This document shows positions 19,180 to 29,611 of a DNA stretch of 47,531 bases, piece by piece (position 1 is the first letter of the stretch; each line of letters opens with the position of its first letter). The stretch is from Atopostipes sp. (lineage in GTDB: Bacteria > Bacillota > Bacilli > Lactobacillales > Carnobacteriaceae_A): contig JARICH010000010.1 of NCBI GenBank assembly GCA_029257245.1, positions 1-47,531 on the forward strand, in the 5' to 3' direction. Below the pieces are notes generated by a model that saw nothing but the letters and a program-made list of their open reading frames with translations, was not told where the DNA came from and searched no databases. Position numbers and translations under genes: made by a program.

Positions 19180-20520
19180 ATGGGATATAAAGAGCAATTA
19201 AATTATTTTGCATTAAAAGAGACCGTCACGATTAATGAAAAAGATCATCTAGAAATTGCCGGAGTAGATACGATTGATTTAGCGAACAAATATGGGACAC
19301 CTTTAGTTATCTATGATATTAAGACTGTCCGAAATAATATTGAGGAATTTAAAAACGCATTAGCCACTTATCCATCAGAATATGAAATATCTTATGCAAG
19401 CAAGGCCTTCTCTTCGATAGCCATGTACCAAGTTTTAGACCAAGAGAATATTTCAGTGGATGTCGTTTCTGGGGGAGAGTTATTTTTAGCAAAAGAAGCA
19501 GGTTTCCCATCAGAAAAAATTCATTTTCATGGAAATAACAAGTCCTATCAAGAATTAGTAGCTGCATTGGACTACGAGATAGGACATATCATAGTGGATA
19601 ATTTTCATGAATTGAAAATGCTTGAACAGTTAACAAAAAAACGTGAGCAAAAAATAAAAGTTATCATTCGTGTTACTCCTGGAGTAACTGCCGATACACA
19701 TAAATATATTATGACAGGCCATACAGATTCTAAATTTGGTTTTGATTTAAAAAATGGTCAAGCGGAAGAAGCCGTTCGTCTTGCCCAAAAATCCGAATTT
19801 TTAGAATTATCTGGTTTACACATGCATATCGGATCTCAAATATTTGGAACAGAGAGTTATGTTCTAGCGATGGATCAAGTATTACGGAGCGCAAAAGAGT
19901 GGTATATTAGTTTTGGCTTTCAAATGAAAGTTCTAAACATTGGGGGCGGATTTGGGATCCAACATACACCAGATGACGAAGCGGTTTCAGTTAAAAGACA
20001 AGTTGAAACAATCAGTCAAGAACTAGTTAAATTATTAGATTTATATGATTTAGCTTATCCAATCTTGCAAATAGAACCCGGAAGAAGTATCGTAGGGACT
20101 GCTGGAACTACAATTTATGAAATTGGAAGTAAAAAAGCTATCCCAGGTATTCGAAATTATATCTCGATAGATGGAGGGATGTCGGATAATATACGACCTG
20201 CTATGTATAATTCAAAATACTTTGCCTCCTTAGCTAACCGAATGAAAGATGAACGCACAACTAAGGTTTCTGTTGCCGGGAAAGCCTGTGAATCAGGTGA
20301 TATGTTAATTATGGATCTGGACTTACCAGAAGTAAAAGCTGGAGATAAACTAGCTGTCTTCCATACAGGAGACTACGCCTTTGCAATGGCCAGTAACTAC
20401 AATCGAATTCCAAGACCGGCTGTAGTATTCGTTGAAAATGGACGTGAATTTCTGTCGATTCGTCGTGAAGAGGTAAAAGATTTCATGCGCTTTGAAAATC
20501 ATTTGCCAGTAGATTTTTAA
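19180..20520 (+). CDS. lysA: Diaminopimelate decarboxylase
   Basis: YASKA PLP lysine, HGNNKS, HMHIGSQI, EPGRSIV, CESGD, MASNYN. Confidence 0.96.
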   Translation: MGYKEQLNYFALKETVTINEKDHLEIAGVDTIDLANKYGTPLVIYDIKTVRNNIEEFKNALATYPSEYEISYASKAFSSIAMYQVLDQENISVDVVSGGELFLAKEAGFPSEKIHFHGNNKSYQELVAALDYEIGHIIVDNFHELKMLEQLTKKREQKIKVIIRVTPGVTADTHKYIMTGHTDSKFGFDLKNGQAEEAVRLAQKSEFLELSGLHMHIGSQIFGTESYVLAMDQVLRSAKEWYISFGFQMKVLNIGGGFGIQHTPDDEAVSVKRQVETISQELVKLLDLYDLAYPILQIEPGRSIVGTAGTTIYEIGSKKAIPGIRNYISIDGGMSDNIRPAMYNSKYFASLANRMKDERTTKVSVAGKACESGDMLIMDLDLPEVKAGDKLAVFHTGDYAFAMASNYNRIPRPAVVFVENGREFLSIRREEVKDFMRFENHLPVDF

Positions 20521-20576
20521 TAAAAGATGAACAAAATATTAGAAGCTTTGAATGGTAGTTTACCAGGAGGAAAGAA

Positions 20577-20942
20577 ATGCTGATCTCATACAATGAAGAT
20601 TATGAAAAAATAACGATGGGCCTCTTATCTTATATAAGTGATTTGAAAGACCCCGAACGCCTTTCTGAAGAGTTAGCTTTATATGAGAACGATCCAAACC
20701 GAAACATTTATTTATGGCAAAGTGAAGAAACAAGGAATTTAATTGCCATCATTGGTGTTGAGGAAGAGGAAGATTTAATTTTGCTGAGACATATCGCAGT
20801 AGATCCATCTTTTCGAAATGAGGGACTGACTTATGTCTTACTCGACCATTTGTCAGAAAAAGTGGATAAAAAAAGAATCGTAGGGACGCTAGAAACAGCG
20901 AGTGTTATTTCTAATTGGCAAAAGAAAAAAACAGAAAAATAA
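20577..20942 (+). CDS. ribT: RibT-like GNAT acetyltransferase
   Basis: MLI..KITMGLLSY N-terminus, IAVDPSFRNEG acetyl-CoA motif; conserved position before scpA. Confidence 0.78.
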   Translation: MLISYNEDYEKITMGLLSYISDLKDPERLSEELALYENDPNRNIYLWQSEETRNLIAIIGVEEEEDLILLRHIAVDPSFRNEGLTYVLLDHLSEKVDKKRIVGTLETASVISNWQKKKTEK

Positions 20943-20974
20943 AAAAACAGAAGACTCGGGTTGGGAGGCAGTTA

Positions 20975-21739
20975 ATGGAAGAGAAAAATATAGATGATTA
21001 TCAATTGCAGTTAGAACTTGATATATTTGAAGGACCTCTAGACTTGCTACTCCATTTAATCAATCAACTTGAAATTGATATTTATGATATCCCGATTGCG
21101 AAAATTACGAAACAATACTTAAATTATTTAGAAACGATGAAAAATAATCAGATTGATTTAGCTGGAGAATATTTTGTGATGGCGGCAAGTTTGATGCGTA
21201 TAAAAAGTGAAATGCTTGTTCCACGAAATGAGAATCAAGTTGAGATGGATGATATAGAAGAATATGAGTTGGAAGATCCGAGACAGTCATTGGTCGATTT
21301 GCTTTTGGAGTATCAACAAATCAAGGAAGTTGTCCCAAAATTTGAAGAGCGGCAGATTGATCGTGCAGATTTTTTTGGGAAAGACCCTAGTGATTTGTCG
21401 AAATACCAAGAAAAAATAGAGCTTGAAAATCAAGGACTTAAAATAGAAGATTTGACAAAAATATTTTATCAAGTTTTAGAACGACATCGTTTAGACACGC
21501 CTCAACCAACAACGATTGAATCTGAAGAAATGACTGTCCCTGAAAAGATGGGAGATATTTTAAATAGCTTGTCCAAAGCACCTACACAAAGACTAAACTT
21601 TTTAGAACTATTAAAAGCTGGAAATAGGAAAGAAATAGTCGTTAATTTTCTAGCTATTTTAGAGTTATTGAAAGCCAATCAAATATCGGTTAGACAAAAA
21701 ATAAATACGACTGATTTTTCGATTAGCTTAATAGACTAA
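20975..21739 (+). CDS. scpA: Segregation and condensation protein A (kleisin)
   Basis: FEGPLDLLLHLI..EIDIYDIPIA, FLAILEL; start moved to ATG 20975 behind GGGAGG. Confidence 0.95.
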   Translation: MEEKNIDDYQLQLELDIFEGPLDLLLHLINQLEIDIYDIPIAKITKQYLNYLETMKNNQIDLAGEYFVMAASLMRIKSEMLVPRNENQVEMDDIEEYELEDPRQSLVDLLLEYQQIKEVVPKFEERQIDRADFFGKDPSDLSKYQEKIELENQGLKIEDLTKIFYQVLERHRLDTPQPTTIESEEMTVPEKMGDILNSLSKAPTQRLNFLELLKAGNRKEIVVNFLAILELLKANQISVRQKINTTDFSISLID

Positions 21740-21761
21740 GAAAGACAGGGTAAATATTAAG

Positions 21762-22355
21762 ATGAATAGAATGAATCCAATAGCACAAATTGAAGCACTC
21801 CTTTATGTCGCGGGAGATGAAGGATTATCATTAGAAGTATTGTCGGAATTGACCCTGACTAATATCCCTGAGCTTCAATTAAGAATAAAAGAGCTGACTG
21901 AATACTATGAAAAAGATGAGAAGAGAGGGCTCACCTTAATCGAAACAGCTAATGTTTACCAAATAGTAACGAAAAAAGAATATGCCGAAACCATCAAGGA
22001 ATATGCCCAATCGCCTTATTCTCAGACCCTCAGTCGAGCTTTACTTGAGACTTTAGCAATTATTGCCTATAAACAGCCGATTACACGAATTGAGATCGAA
22101 GAAATACGTGGTGTTCAAGTCACCGGTAACTTAGGAAAATTACGTGCACGGCAATTAATAAAAGAATTAGGGCATTTAGAACAACCAGGTAATCCTTTGC
22201 TTTATGGAACGACTGATTTCTTTTTGGATTATTTCGGAATAAATCATTTAGATGAATTGCCTGATTTGTTAGAAGAGGATAATCAGTCAGAAATGGCTGA
22301 TTTATTTTTTGAAAATTATCCAGAAAGTTTTGAAGAGAAAAATGAAGAAGAATAG
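21762..22355 (+). CDS. scpB: Segregation and condensation protein B
   Basis: IEALLY, LETLAIIAYKQPITR..IRGV, YGTTDFFLDYFG. Confidence 0.96.
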   Translation: MNRMNPIAQIEALLYVAGDEGLSLEVLSELTLTNIPELQLRIKELTEYYEKDEKRGLTLIETANVYQIVTKKEYAETIKEYAQSPYSQTLSRALLETLAIIAYKQPITRIEIEEIRGVQVTGNLGKLRARQLIKELGHLEQPGNPLLYGTTDFFLDYFGINHLDELPDLLEEDNQSEMADLFFENYPESFEEKNEEE

Positions 22356-22379
22356 AATAATTAAAGGAGGATGCTAAGT

Positions 22380-23108
22380 ATGGAAAGATTACAAAAAGTA
22401 ATGGCACATGCTGGTGTTGCATCGAGAAGAAAATCTGAGGAAATTATTGAGGAAGGCCGAGTAAAAGTGAACGGAAAAGTTGTCACAGAACTTGGAACAA
22501 AAGTATCGGCAGGGGATGAAGTCTCAGTAGATGGTATTCCAATTGTGACTGAACAGAAAGTTTATGTTTTATTAAATAAGCCACGTGAGACGATTTCAAC
22601 GGTAGATGATCCAAAAGATCGTGAAACAGTTCTTGATTTAGTGGATGCAATCGAAGAACGTATTTATCCAGTAGGACGTTTAGACTGGGATACAACGGGA
22701 GCATTATTATTAACAAATGATGGAGAGCTATCTTATCGTCTGACCCATCCAAGCTATGAATTTCCGAAGACTTATGTGGTAAAAGCAGATGGTTGGGTGA
22801 GTAAGAAAATGGGTCATCAGCTAGCTCGTGGAGTCATTATCGATGGAGAAAAAACAGCTCCAGCCCATGTAACGATATTGAGTTATGATGGAAAAGCAGA
22901 TACAACGATGGTGAAAATTACTTTACATGAAGGGAAAAATCACCAAGTAAAGAATATGTTTGAAGCAATTGGAACACCGGTTGAGAAGTTAACTCGAGAA
23001 GCTTTCGGATTTTTAACAACTGAGGGTTTGCCTTCGGGAGAATGGCGCTTTTTAACTCCGCATGAGGTCAAGCAACTTTGGCATATGGTAAACGAAGATG
23101 TGGAATAG
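22380..23108 (+). CDS. rluB: 23S rRNA pseudouridine synthase, RluB family
   Basis: S4 domain ERLQKVMAHAGVASRR, catalytic GRLDWDT; ATG 22380 is 9 nt after AAGGAGG. Confidence 0.92.
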   Translation: MERLQKVMAHAGVASRRKSEEIIEEGRVKVNGKVVTELGTKVSAGDEVSVDGIPIVTEQKVYVLLNKPRETISTVDDPKDRETVLDLVDAIEERIYPVGRLDWDTTGALLLTNDGELSYRLTHPSYEFPKTYVVKADGWVSKKMGHQLARGVIIDGEKTAPAHVTILSYDGKADTTMVKITLHEGKNHQVKNMFEAIGTPVEKLTREAFGFLTTEGLPSGEWRFLTPHEVKQLWHMVNEDVE

Positions 23109-23118
23109 AACTTTATAG

Positions 23119-23146
23119 TTGCATTTTTACAAAAAAAAGATATAAT
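23119..23146 (+). promoter_or_regulatory. Sigma-A promoter of the ribU leader
   Basis: TTGCAT-16 nt-TATAAT. Confidence 0.6.
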
Positions 23147-23170
23147 ATATTTAAGTGAATAGTAAATGAT

Positions 23171-23294
23171 TCGTCTTCAGGGGCAGGGTGTAAATCCCGA
23201 CCGGTGGTAAAGTCCACGACCTTTATTCTTAAGAATAAAGCTGATCTGGTGAAATTCCAGAACCGACAGTAAAGTCTGGTATAAAGAAGATGGA
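23171..23294 (+). ncRNA. FMN riboswitch (RFN element)
   Basis: TCTTCAGGGGCAGGGTGTAAATCCCGACCGGTGGTAAAGTCCACGA...CTGGTGAAATTCCAGAACCGACAGTAAAGTCTGG...AGAAGA; directly upstream of ribU. Confidence 0.96.
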
Positions 23295-23314
23295 GCTTTT
23301 TTTAAACTACAGTT

Positions 23315-23358
23315 AAAGCTCTATTTGTTGTCCTCCTGGATAATAAATAGAGTTTTTT
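23315..23358 (+). terminator. Conditional terminator of the FMN riboswitch expression platform
   Basis: CTCTATTTGTTGTCC-TCCT-GGATAATAAATAGAG stem plus TTTTTT. Confidence 0.8.
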
Positions 23359-23442
23359 AATTGTAGGGCTCTTGCTCATATAGATGAATCCTTTTAAATT
23401 TAGTTGTTGGCTAGTCAACAAAAATTATAGGAGGATTTAGTA

Positions 23443-24036
23443 ATGATTGAAAAACGCACACAGAAGTTAACACTTATTGGTATATTGGCAGCTATGTCAT
23501 GGATTATCTCATTCTTTTCATTTCCACTTTTGTATTGGGCGCCTTTCTTAAAAGTCGATTTCAGTGATATCCCTATTCTGTTAGGCATGTATCTTTATGG
23601 GCCACTTTCTGGAATAGCGATTGGAGCTGTCCGATCCTTGCTGTCCTATGTGGCATCGGGTGGTGAAGCTGGGTTTCCGATTGGTGATACGACCGCTTTT
23701 ATTGCAACACTTGTTTACACTTTACCTATTTATTATGCAATAAAAGATGGAGCGTTAAATCGGAAAAAGACTATTCTTTCAACACTTATTGGAATGCTGA
23801 CATTGACTTTAACGATGGCTCTTTTAAATTGGTTAGTAGTCGCTCCACTTTATATGAGGGTGATGGGCTTTAGTGTTGGTCCGATTAGAGAGTATTTAGC
23901 AATTTCAGTGATTCCTTTTAACTTAGCTAAAGGGTTATTGGTATCGACCATATTTTTTTCTATCTTTTATCAATTAAAAGATTACTTAGACACATTAATT
24001 GATGTCAACACCGAACAGTTTAAAATTTTTGAATGA
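23443..24036 (+). CDS. ribU: ECF transporter S component for riboflavin
   Basis: FLKVDFSDIP motif, about six TM helices, PFNLAKG; under an FMN riboswitch. Confidence 0.93.
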   Translation: MIEKRTQKLTLIGILAAMSWIISFFSFPLLYWAPFLKVDFSDIPILLGMYLYGPLSGIAIGAVRSLLSYVASGGEAGFPIGDTTAFIATLVYTLPIYYAIKDGALNRKKTILSTLIGMLTLTLTMALLNWLVVAPLYMRVMGFSVGPIREYLAISVIPFNLAKGLLVSTIFFSIFYQLKDYLDTLIDVNTEQFKIFE

Positions 24037-24050
24037 AATAAACAAAACGA

Positions 24051-24085
24051 AAAAAGGCTAGTATTTCTTACTAGCCTTTTTTATT
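24051..24085 (+). terminator. Intrinsic terminator after ribU
   Basis: AAAAAGGCTAGTA-TTTCT-TACTAGCCTTTTT. Confidence 0.88.
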
Positions 24086-24114
24086 TTGAAGAAAATAGTG
24101 AACTGGGTTACAAT
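24086..24114 (+). promoter_or_regulatory. Sigma-A promoter of ypbB-recQ
   Basis: TTGAAG-17 nt-TACAAT. Confidence 0.55.
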
Positions 24115-24152
24115 ATGTTCAAACAAGTTAGAAGATAAGGAGGTTGAGCAAT

Positions 24153-25208
24153 TTGGGTGATTATTTCAGTTATTATTTATTGACTTATTTTCAAACTGAT
24201 AAAGAAGTAAGAATTTCTCAAATTTTACATACTTTGAGAGGAAAAAAAACGCCTTCCATGTATTATCTGACTGAAGTTAATCAATGGCATCATGGATTTT
24301 CAATTGCTAAGAGAATTGAGGAAAATGATATTAAAATTATTGTGGAAGCTGCTTATCAAGAGAAGTGGTTAACAAAAAAAGAAAAAGGCTTTCTACTTAC
24401 TCCTTTAGGAAAAGAAACTGTCGAAAAATACTTTGAAAGTCATTATTATCCAGAATTTATTCATTCTTTTAATAATATTGATGTTTATGAAGCTTTTTGG
24501 GAACGCCTTCAGTTATTTAGTCAAGTCATTTCTGAATACATTTATCATAATATGAAATATACAGTGGTTATTAAGAATCCACTACACCAAGAGAGAATTC
24601 GGTTGCTGTTCCAAGCAAGTTTGAGAAATAAAGCGAACGCATTAAAAGATTGGACAACAGAACAATATTTTATTTTTGAAAAATTACCAGAAGAGAAAGC
24701 CAATCTCTTAGCCAATTCTTTAACAGGCCATGGAGTGATAGGGAAGACTAGGAACCAATTAGCGGATGAATTTGAGATGGAAAAAGATGAATTAAATTTT
24801 TATTTAAGAGATAGTTTAGCTGAAATAATTCAGCTTATTCAGAAATATCCAAATGATTTAGTTATAACAAAAAAATTATTAGAAAACACACAAGAAGACT
24901 ATTACTTTAGTATGTCAGAGAGTACATACCGGACTTTTGAAATGTTACAAAGTGGAAAAAAAATTAGTGAAATTGCTCATTTTAGACGCATTAAAAAAAA
25001 TACAGTTAAAGAGCACCTTTTAGAGATAGCATTTGTTCTGGATAGATTTCCAACAAAAGCTTTTGTTCCTAAAGAAATTTATGGATTTCTTAGTAAAAGA
25101 TTTCAAGAGAGACCTTTTTATTCATATAGAGAAGCAGTAACAGATTTGGAAAATTTAGAGTTTTATCATTACCGTTTAGTTGAGTTAGAAAGGGTGCGAG
25201 AAGATTGA
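24153..25208 (+). CDS. YpbB-family helix-turn-helix protein (RecQ/RecS partner)
   Basis: LRGKKTPS N-terminal motif, C-terminal HTH IAHFRRIKKNTVKEHLLE; overlaps recQ start; TTG 24153 is 9 nt after AAGGAGG. Confidence 0.82.
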   Translation: MGDYFSYYLLTYFQTDKEVRISQILHTLRGKKTPSMYYLTEVNQWHHGFSIAKRIEENDIKIIVEAAYQEKWLTKKEKGFLLTPLGKETVEKYFESHYYPEFIHSFNNIDVYEAFWERLQLFSQVISEYIYHNMKYTVVIKNPLHQERIRLLFQASLRNKANALKDWTTEQYFIFEKLPEEKANLLANSLTGHGVIGKTRNQLADEFEMEKDELNFYLRDSLAEIIQLIQKYPNDLVITKKLLENTQEDYYFSMSESTYRTFEMLQSGKKISEIAHFRRIKKNTVKEHLLEIAFVLDRFPTKAFVPKEIYGFLSKRFQERPFYSYREAVTDLENLEFYHYRLVELERVRED

Positions 25209-26653
25209 AGCAAGAAATAGAAGATATCCTCCAAAATAAATTTAACCATTCGAGTTTTCGAACGGGTCAAGAAGAAGCCATTCAGTCTATTCTCGCTGGC
25301 AATGACAGTTTAGTGATGTTACCGACTGGAGTAGGTAAATCTTTGTGTTATCAATTACCTGCATACCTACTGGATGGAACGGTTTTGGTCGTATCTCCTC
25401 TGCTTTCCTTAATGCAAGACCAAGTGGAAAGCTTAAAGAAAATGGGGGAGAAAAAAGTAGTAGCTTTGAATAGTGAGAGTTCATTCTCTGAAAGAGCAGA
25501 TATTTTTCGGAAAATAAATCAATATCGGTTTATCTATACTTCACCTGAGATGCTACAAAATCCTCGAGTGATTGCTGCGTTAAAATCTATTAAGATTAGT
25601 ATTTTTGTAGTTGATGAAGCGCATTGTATTTCTCATTGGGGAACGGATTTCCGACCTGATTACTTAGTCTTAGCTAATATTCGCAGGCAATTAGGCGAAC
25701 CTAACACGATGGCTTTAACAGCTACCGCTACTAAAGAGGTGCGAGATGAGATTATTCAATTTCTCTCGTTAGATAAGGACAGAACACACCAAATTATCCA
25801 GTCTGTCGATCGTCCTGAAATAAAATTTGTCGTGGAGCATAGTCAGGGAGATAAAGATCAACGTTTAAAAAATTATCTAAAACAAATTAAAGGTCCGGGG
25901 ATTGTTTATTTTATGAGTAAAAAATTGGCTGACCAATGGGCTAAGCGCATGAATGAAGTAATGGGAATTTCTGCAGCTAGTTATCACTCAGATATTGAAA
26001 CAGATGATAAAAGTAAAATACAACAGCAATTTTTAAAGAATGAATTAGAAGTAATTTGTGCCACAAGTGCTTTTGGAATGGGATTTGACAAAAAAGATAT
26101 TCGTTTTGTTATTCATTATCATTTGCCAGCATCTGCTGAAATGTACTTGCAAGAAGTTGGTCGAGCTAGCCGGGATGGGAAAGAAAGTTTAGCTATTCTA
26201 CTCTATCAACCAGGAGATGAGCAAATTCAATGGCGTTTTATTGAAAAATCTTTGCCAAACCAGTTCTTATTAGAAAAAGTATCGCACAAAGAAAAAATAC
26301 CATTAGATGTTGAAGAAGCTTTGATAAAATTAGCCAATTATTATTTAGGAATAAGTTCAAATTTAGAAGCGGCCGGAAGTTTAATTGTTGAACGTAGAGA
26401 AATGAAAGAAAAACAACTTTGTTTTATGTTAGATTATATACATACTAAAAATTGTAAACGATCCAAGTTATTAGAATATTTCAATGAAGAAAAATCAGCG
26501 GATTTAGAAGTCTGTTGTTCCTCTTGTAGTTTTAAGGAAGATGAGTTCATAGAAAGAGTCAACAAAATAAATTCTGGAAGATTAAAAAATAAAAAATCAG
26601 TGCAAATAAAAAATTGGAAAGTTATTTTTAATTCATTTTATAATAAGGGCTAA
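25205..26653 (+). CDS. recQ: RecQ-family ATP-dependent DNA helicase (short RecS type)
   Basis: PTGVGKSLCYQ, VDEAHCISHWGTDFRPDY, ATSAFGMG, QEVGRASRDG, Zn-binding Cys cluster. Confidence 0.93.
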   Translation: MKQEIEDILQNKFNHSSFRTGQEEAIQSILAGNDSLVMLPTGVGKSLCYQLPAYLLDGTVLVVSPLLSLMQDQVESLKKMGEKKVVALNSESSFSERADIFRKINQYRFIYTSPEMLQNPRVIAALKSIKISIFVVDEAHCISHWGTDFRPDYLVLANIRRQLGEPNTMALTATATKEVRDEIIQFLSLDKDRTHQIIQSVDRPEIKFVVEHSQGDKDQRLKNYLKQIKGPGIVYFMSKKLADQWAKRMNEVMGISAASYHSDIETDDKSKIQQQFLKNELEVICATSAFGMGFDKKDIRFVIHYHLPASAEMYLQEVGRASRDGKESLAILLYQPGDEQIQWRFIEKSLPNQFLLEKVSHKEKIPLDVEEALIKLANYYLGISSNLEAAGSLIVERREMKEKQLCFMLDYIHTKNCKRSKLLEYFNEEKSADLEVCCSSCSFKEDEFIERVNKINSGRLKNKKSVQIKNWKVIFNSFYNKG

Positions 26654-26750
26654 CTTATTATAAAAAATTATGCTACAATTATATAGAAAAGTTAAATCAT
26701 AAATAAGTATTCTAATGAAATATTTTATAGTAATGGAAGGAAGATTGTTG

Positions 26751-27377
<627 letters not shown>

Positions 27378-27407
27378 ATATAGTTAGAGAATGAAAGTAG
27401 GTAAAAA

Positions 27408-28085
27408 GTGACTTATTCAAATTTAAAAATTGCAATTGACGGACCAGCATCATCTGGAAAAAGTACGGTTGCAAAATTATTAGCAGAAGAGTTTAATTTA
27501 GTCTATGTGGATACAGGGGCGATGTATCGTAGTCTAACTTATGCAGCACTTGAAACAGAAACACCTGTAGATGATGAAGAAAAATTAATAGAATTATTAG
27601 ATCAAATAGAAATTACATTTGAAAGAGTATTAGAAGGCCAACTGGTTTACCTGAACAATCAAGAAGTGACTGATAAAATAAGAGGGAACAATGTGACCAA
27701 TAATGTATCGGTAGTTTCTTCTTTCGGAAAAATTCGGGAAGAACTGGTAAATCAACAAAGAGAAATTGCAAAAGATAGTGGGGTAGTAATGGATGGTCGC
27801 GATATTGGAACCGTTGTTTTACCAGAAGCAGACGTTAAAATATTTTTAGTCGCTAGCGTTGATGAAAGAGCTCAACGTCGACATTTGGAAAATATCGAAA
27901 AAGGTTTTGATTCTAATTTAGAAAAGATAAAAGAAGAAATACAAGCACGGGATGAGTTTGATTCTAATCGTAAAATCTCTCCTTTAAAACAGGCAAAGGA
28001 TGCTGTATTACTCGATACGACTAGTCTATCAATTGCTGAAGTGGTTAAGGAATGTAAAAAAATAGTAAAAACTGCTATGAAATAG
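27408..28085 (+). CDS. cmk: Cytidylate kinase
   Basis: IAIDGPASSGKST, DTGAMYR, MDGRDIGTVV. Confidence 0.97.
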   Translation: MTYSNLKIAIDGPASSGKSTVAKLLAEEFNLVYVDTGAMYRSLTYAALETETPVDDEEKLIELLDQIEITFERVLEGQLVYLNNQEVTDKIRGNNVTNNVSVVSSFGKIREELVNQQREIAKDSGVVMDGRDIGTVVLPEADVKIFLVASVDERAQRRHLENIEKGFDSNLEKIKEEIQARDEFDSNRKISPLKQAKDAVLLDTTSLSIAEVVKECKKIVKTAMK

Positions 28086-28220
28086 CTTATATTTAAATAA
28101 AAAATAAGAGTATATTCTCTTGACAATTAAATAATGAATGGATAAATTGGAAATGCTAAAAGCTCTATGCTATAATAAATAGTATAATTAATGAAATGGT
28201 ACTGGGAGGCGCTAGGAAAT

Positions 28221-29531
28221 ATGTCAGATAAAGAAAAAAATGAAATAGAAGAAGTAGAAAGTACAGAAGAAGAAAGTGCAAAAGTTGAAGAAATGGAAAC
28301 AATGTCCGATGCTTTAGATGCATCAGTTGAGATTAAACCAGGTGATATTATCGAAGGTGAAGTATTAGCTTTTGATGATGATAAAAATGTAACAGTTGGT
28401 TTAGATACTGGTCATGAAGGATATATTCCAGTTCGCGAACTATCACTAAACCACGTAACTGATCCTGCTGAAGAAGTAGAGATTGGTGAAAAAATTCGTG
28501 TGACTGTTATTCGAATTGTTAGTGATAAAGAAGAAGGCGGATTTATCTTATCTAAGAAACGTGTGGATCAAAGAGAAGTATGGGATAAATTACAAGAACA
28601 ATATGATAACGATGAAATTATTGAAGCAGAAGTAAATCAAGTTGTTAAGGGCGGGGTAACCGTTAACTTAGGTGTACGAGGATTTGTTCCTGCATCTCAA
28701 TTAGATACACGATTTGTCAGTGATTTATCTGAGTTCAAAGGAAACACTTATGAATTTAAGATTATTGAAATTGATCCTGAAAATCGTCAATTAATTTTAT
28801 CACGTCGTGCATTATTAGAAGCAGAAGAAGAAGGTAAGCGTGCAGAAGCACTTGCTGAATTAGAAGAAGGAAGTACTGTTACAGGTACAGTTGTTCGTCT
28901 AACAGATTTTGGTGCCTTTGTTGACTTAGGTGGAATTGATGGTTTAGTCCACATTTCAGAAATTGCTCATGAACATATTGCTCATCCAGAAGATAAGTTA
29001 TCTGTTGGTGAAGAAATTGAAGTTAAAGTATTAAGTGTTGACGAAGAACGTGAACGTGTTTCATTATCAGCTAAAGAACTACTAAAAGGACCTTGGGATA
29101 CAGTAGAAGATGACTTCCCAGAAGGATCTGTAGTAACTGGTACTGTAAAACGGATCGTTGATTTCGGTGCATTCGTTGAATTAAAACCAGGTGTAGAAGG
29201 TTTAGTCCATATTTCAGAAATGGCACATAAACACGTTGAAACACCAAACGAAGTTGTTAGCGAAGGCGAAGAGATTGAAGTTAAAATATTGAGTGTTGAT
29301 CAAGAAGAACAGCGTGTATCTTTAAGTGTTAAAGCATTAGAAGATGCTCCAGCTGCTAGCGAAGAAAGCGAATCAACACCTCGTCAGCCAAGACAACGTC
29401 GTCAAAAACGTCAAGCAGAAGTGCGTCAGCCATCCTTACGTGACGAAGACGATGATTCAGCATTTACAATTGGTGACCAATTAGGTGATCAGTTGAAAGG
29501 TTTATTCGGAGATTCAGAAGACGAAGAATAA
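28221..29531 (+). CDS. rpsA: 30S ribosomal protein S1 (four-domain Firmicute type)
   Basis: Repeated S1 domains (FGAFVDLGGIDGLVHISE; FGAFVELKPGVEGLVHISE); ATG 28221 follows GGGAGG; promoter TGCTATAAT at 28168-28176. Confidence 0.95.
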   Translation: MSDKEKNEIEEVESTEEESAKVEEMETMSDALDASVEIKPGDIIEGEVLAFDDDKNVTVGLDTGHEGYIPVRELSLNHVTDPAEEVEIGEKIRVTVIRIVSDKEEGGFILSKKRVDQREVWDKLQEQYDNDEIIEAEVNQVVKGGVTVNLGVRGFVPASQLDTRFVSDLSEFKGNTYEFKIIEIDPENRQLILSRRALLEAEEEGKRAEALAELEEGSTVTGTVVRLTDFGAFVDLGGIDGLVHISEIAHEHIAHPEDKLSVGEEIEVKVLSVDEERERVSLSAKELLKGPWDTVEDDFPEGSVVTGTVKRIVDFGAFVELKPGVEGLVHISEMAHKHVETPNEVVSEGEEIEVKILSVDQEEQRVSLSVKALEDAPAASEESESTPRQPRQRRQKRQAEVRQPSLRDEDDDSAFTIGDQLGDQLKGLFGDSEDEE

Positions 29532-29561
29532 GTCTTGAATTAACTTATGAATATTAAAATG

Positions 29562-29611
29562 CACACCCAACTTATTGGATTGACCAAAAAAGTTGGGTGT
29601 GTGTTATTGTT
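29562..29611 (+). terminator. Hairpin after rpsA, probable leaky terminator
   Basis: CACACCCAACTT/AAGTTGGGTGTG stem followed by an interrupted T tract. Confidence 0.6.

Noticed and set aside
20915-20974. N-terminal extensions in the ORF track (scpA 20915, xerD 15960, rpsA 28191, der 29593, recJ 42968)
   Set aside because: The upstream starts lack an SD or fall inside promoters, terminators or the previous gene; better SD-linked starts lie downstream.
24099-24125. SOS box at the ypbB-recQ promoter
   Set aside because: Only half-sites (GAAC..TTAC; TACA..GTTC); spacing and symmetry do not fit GAAC-N4-GTTC.
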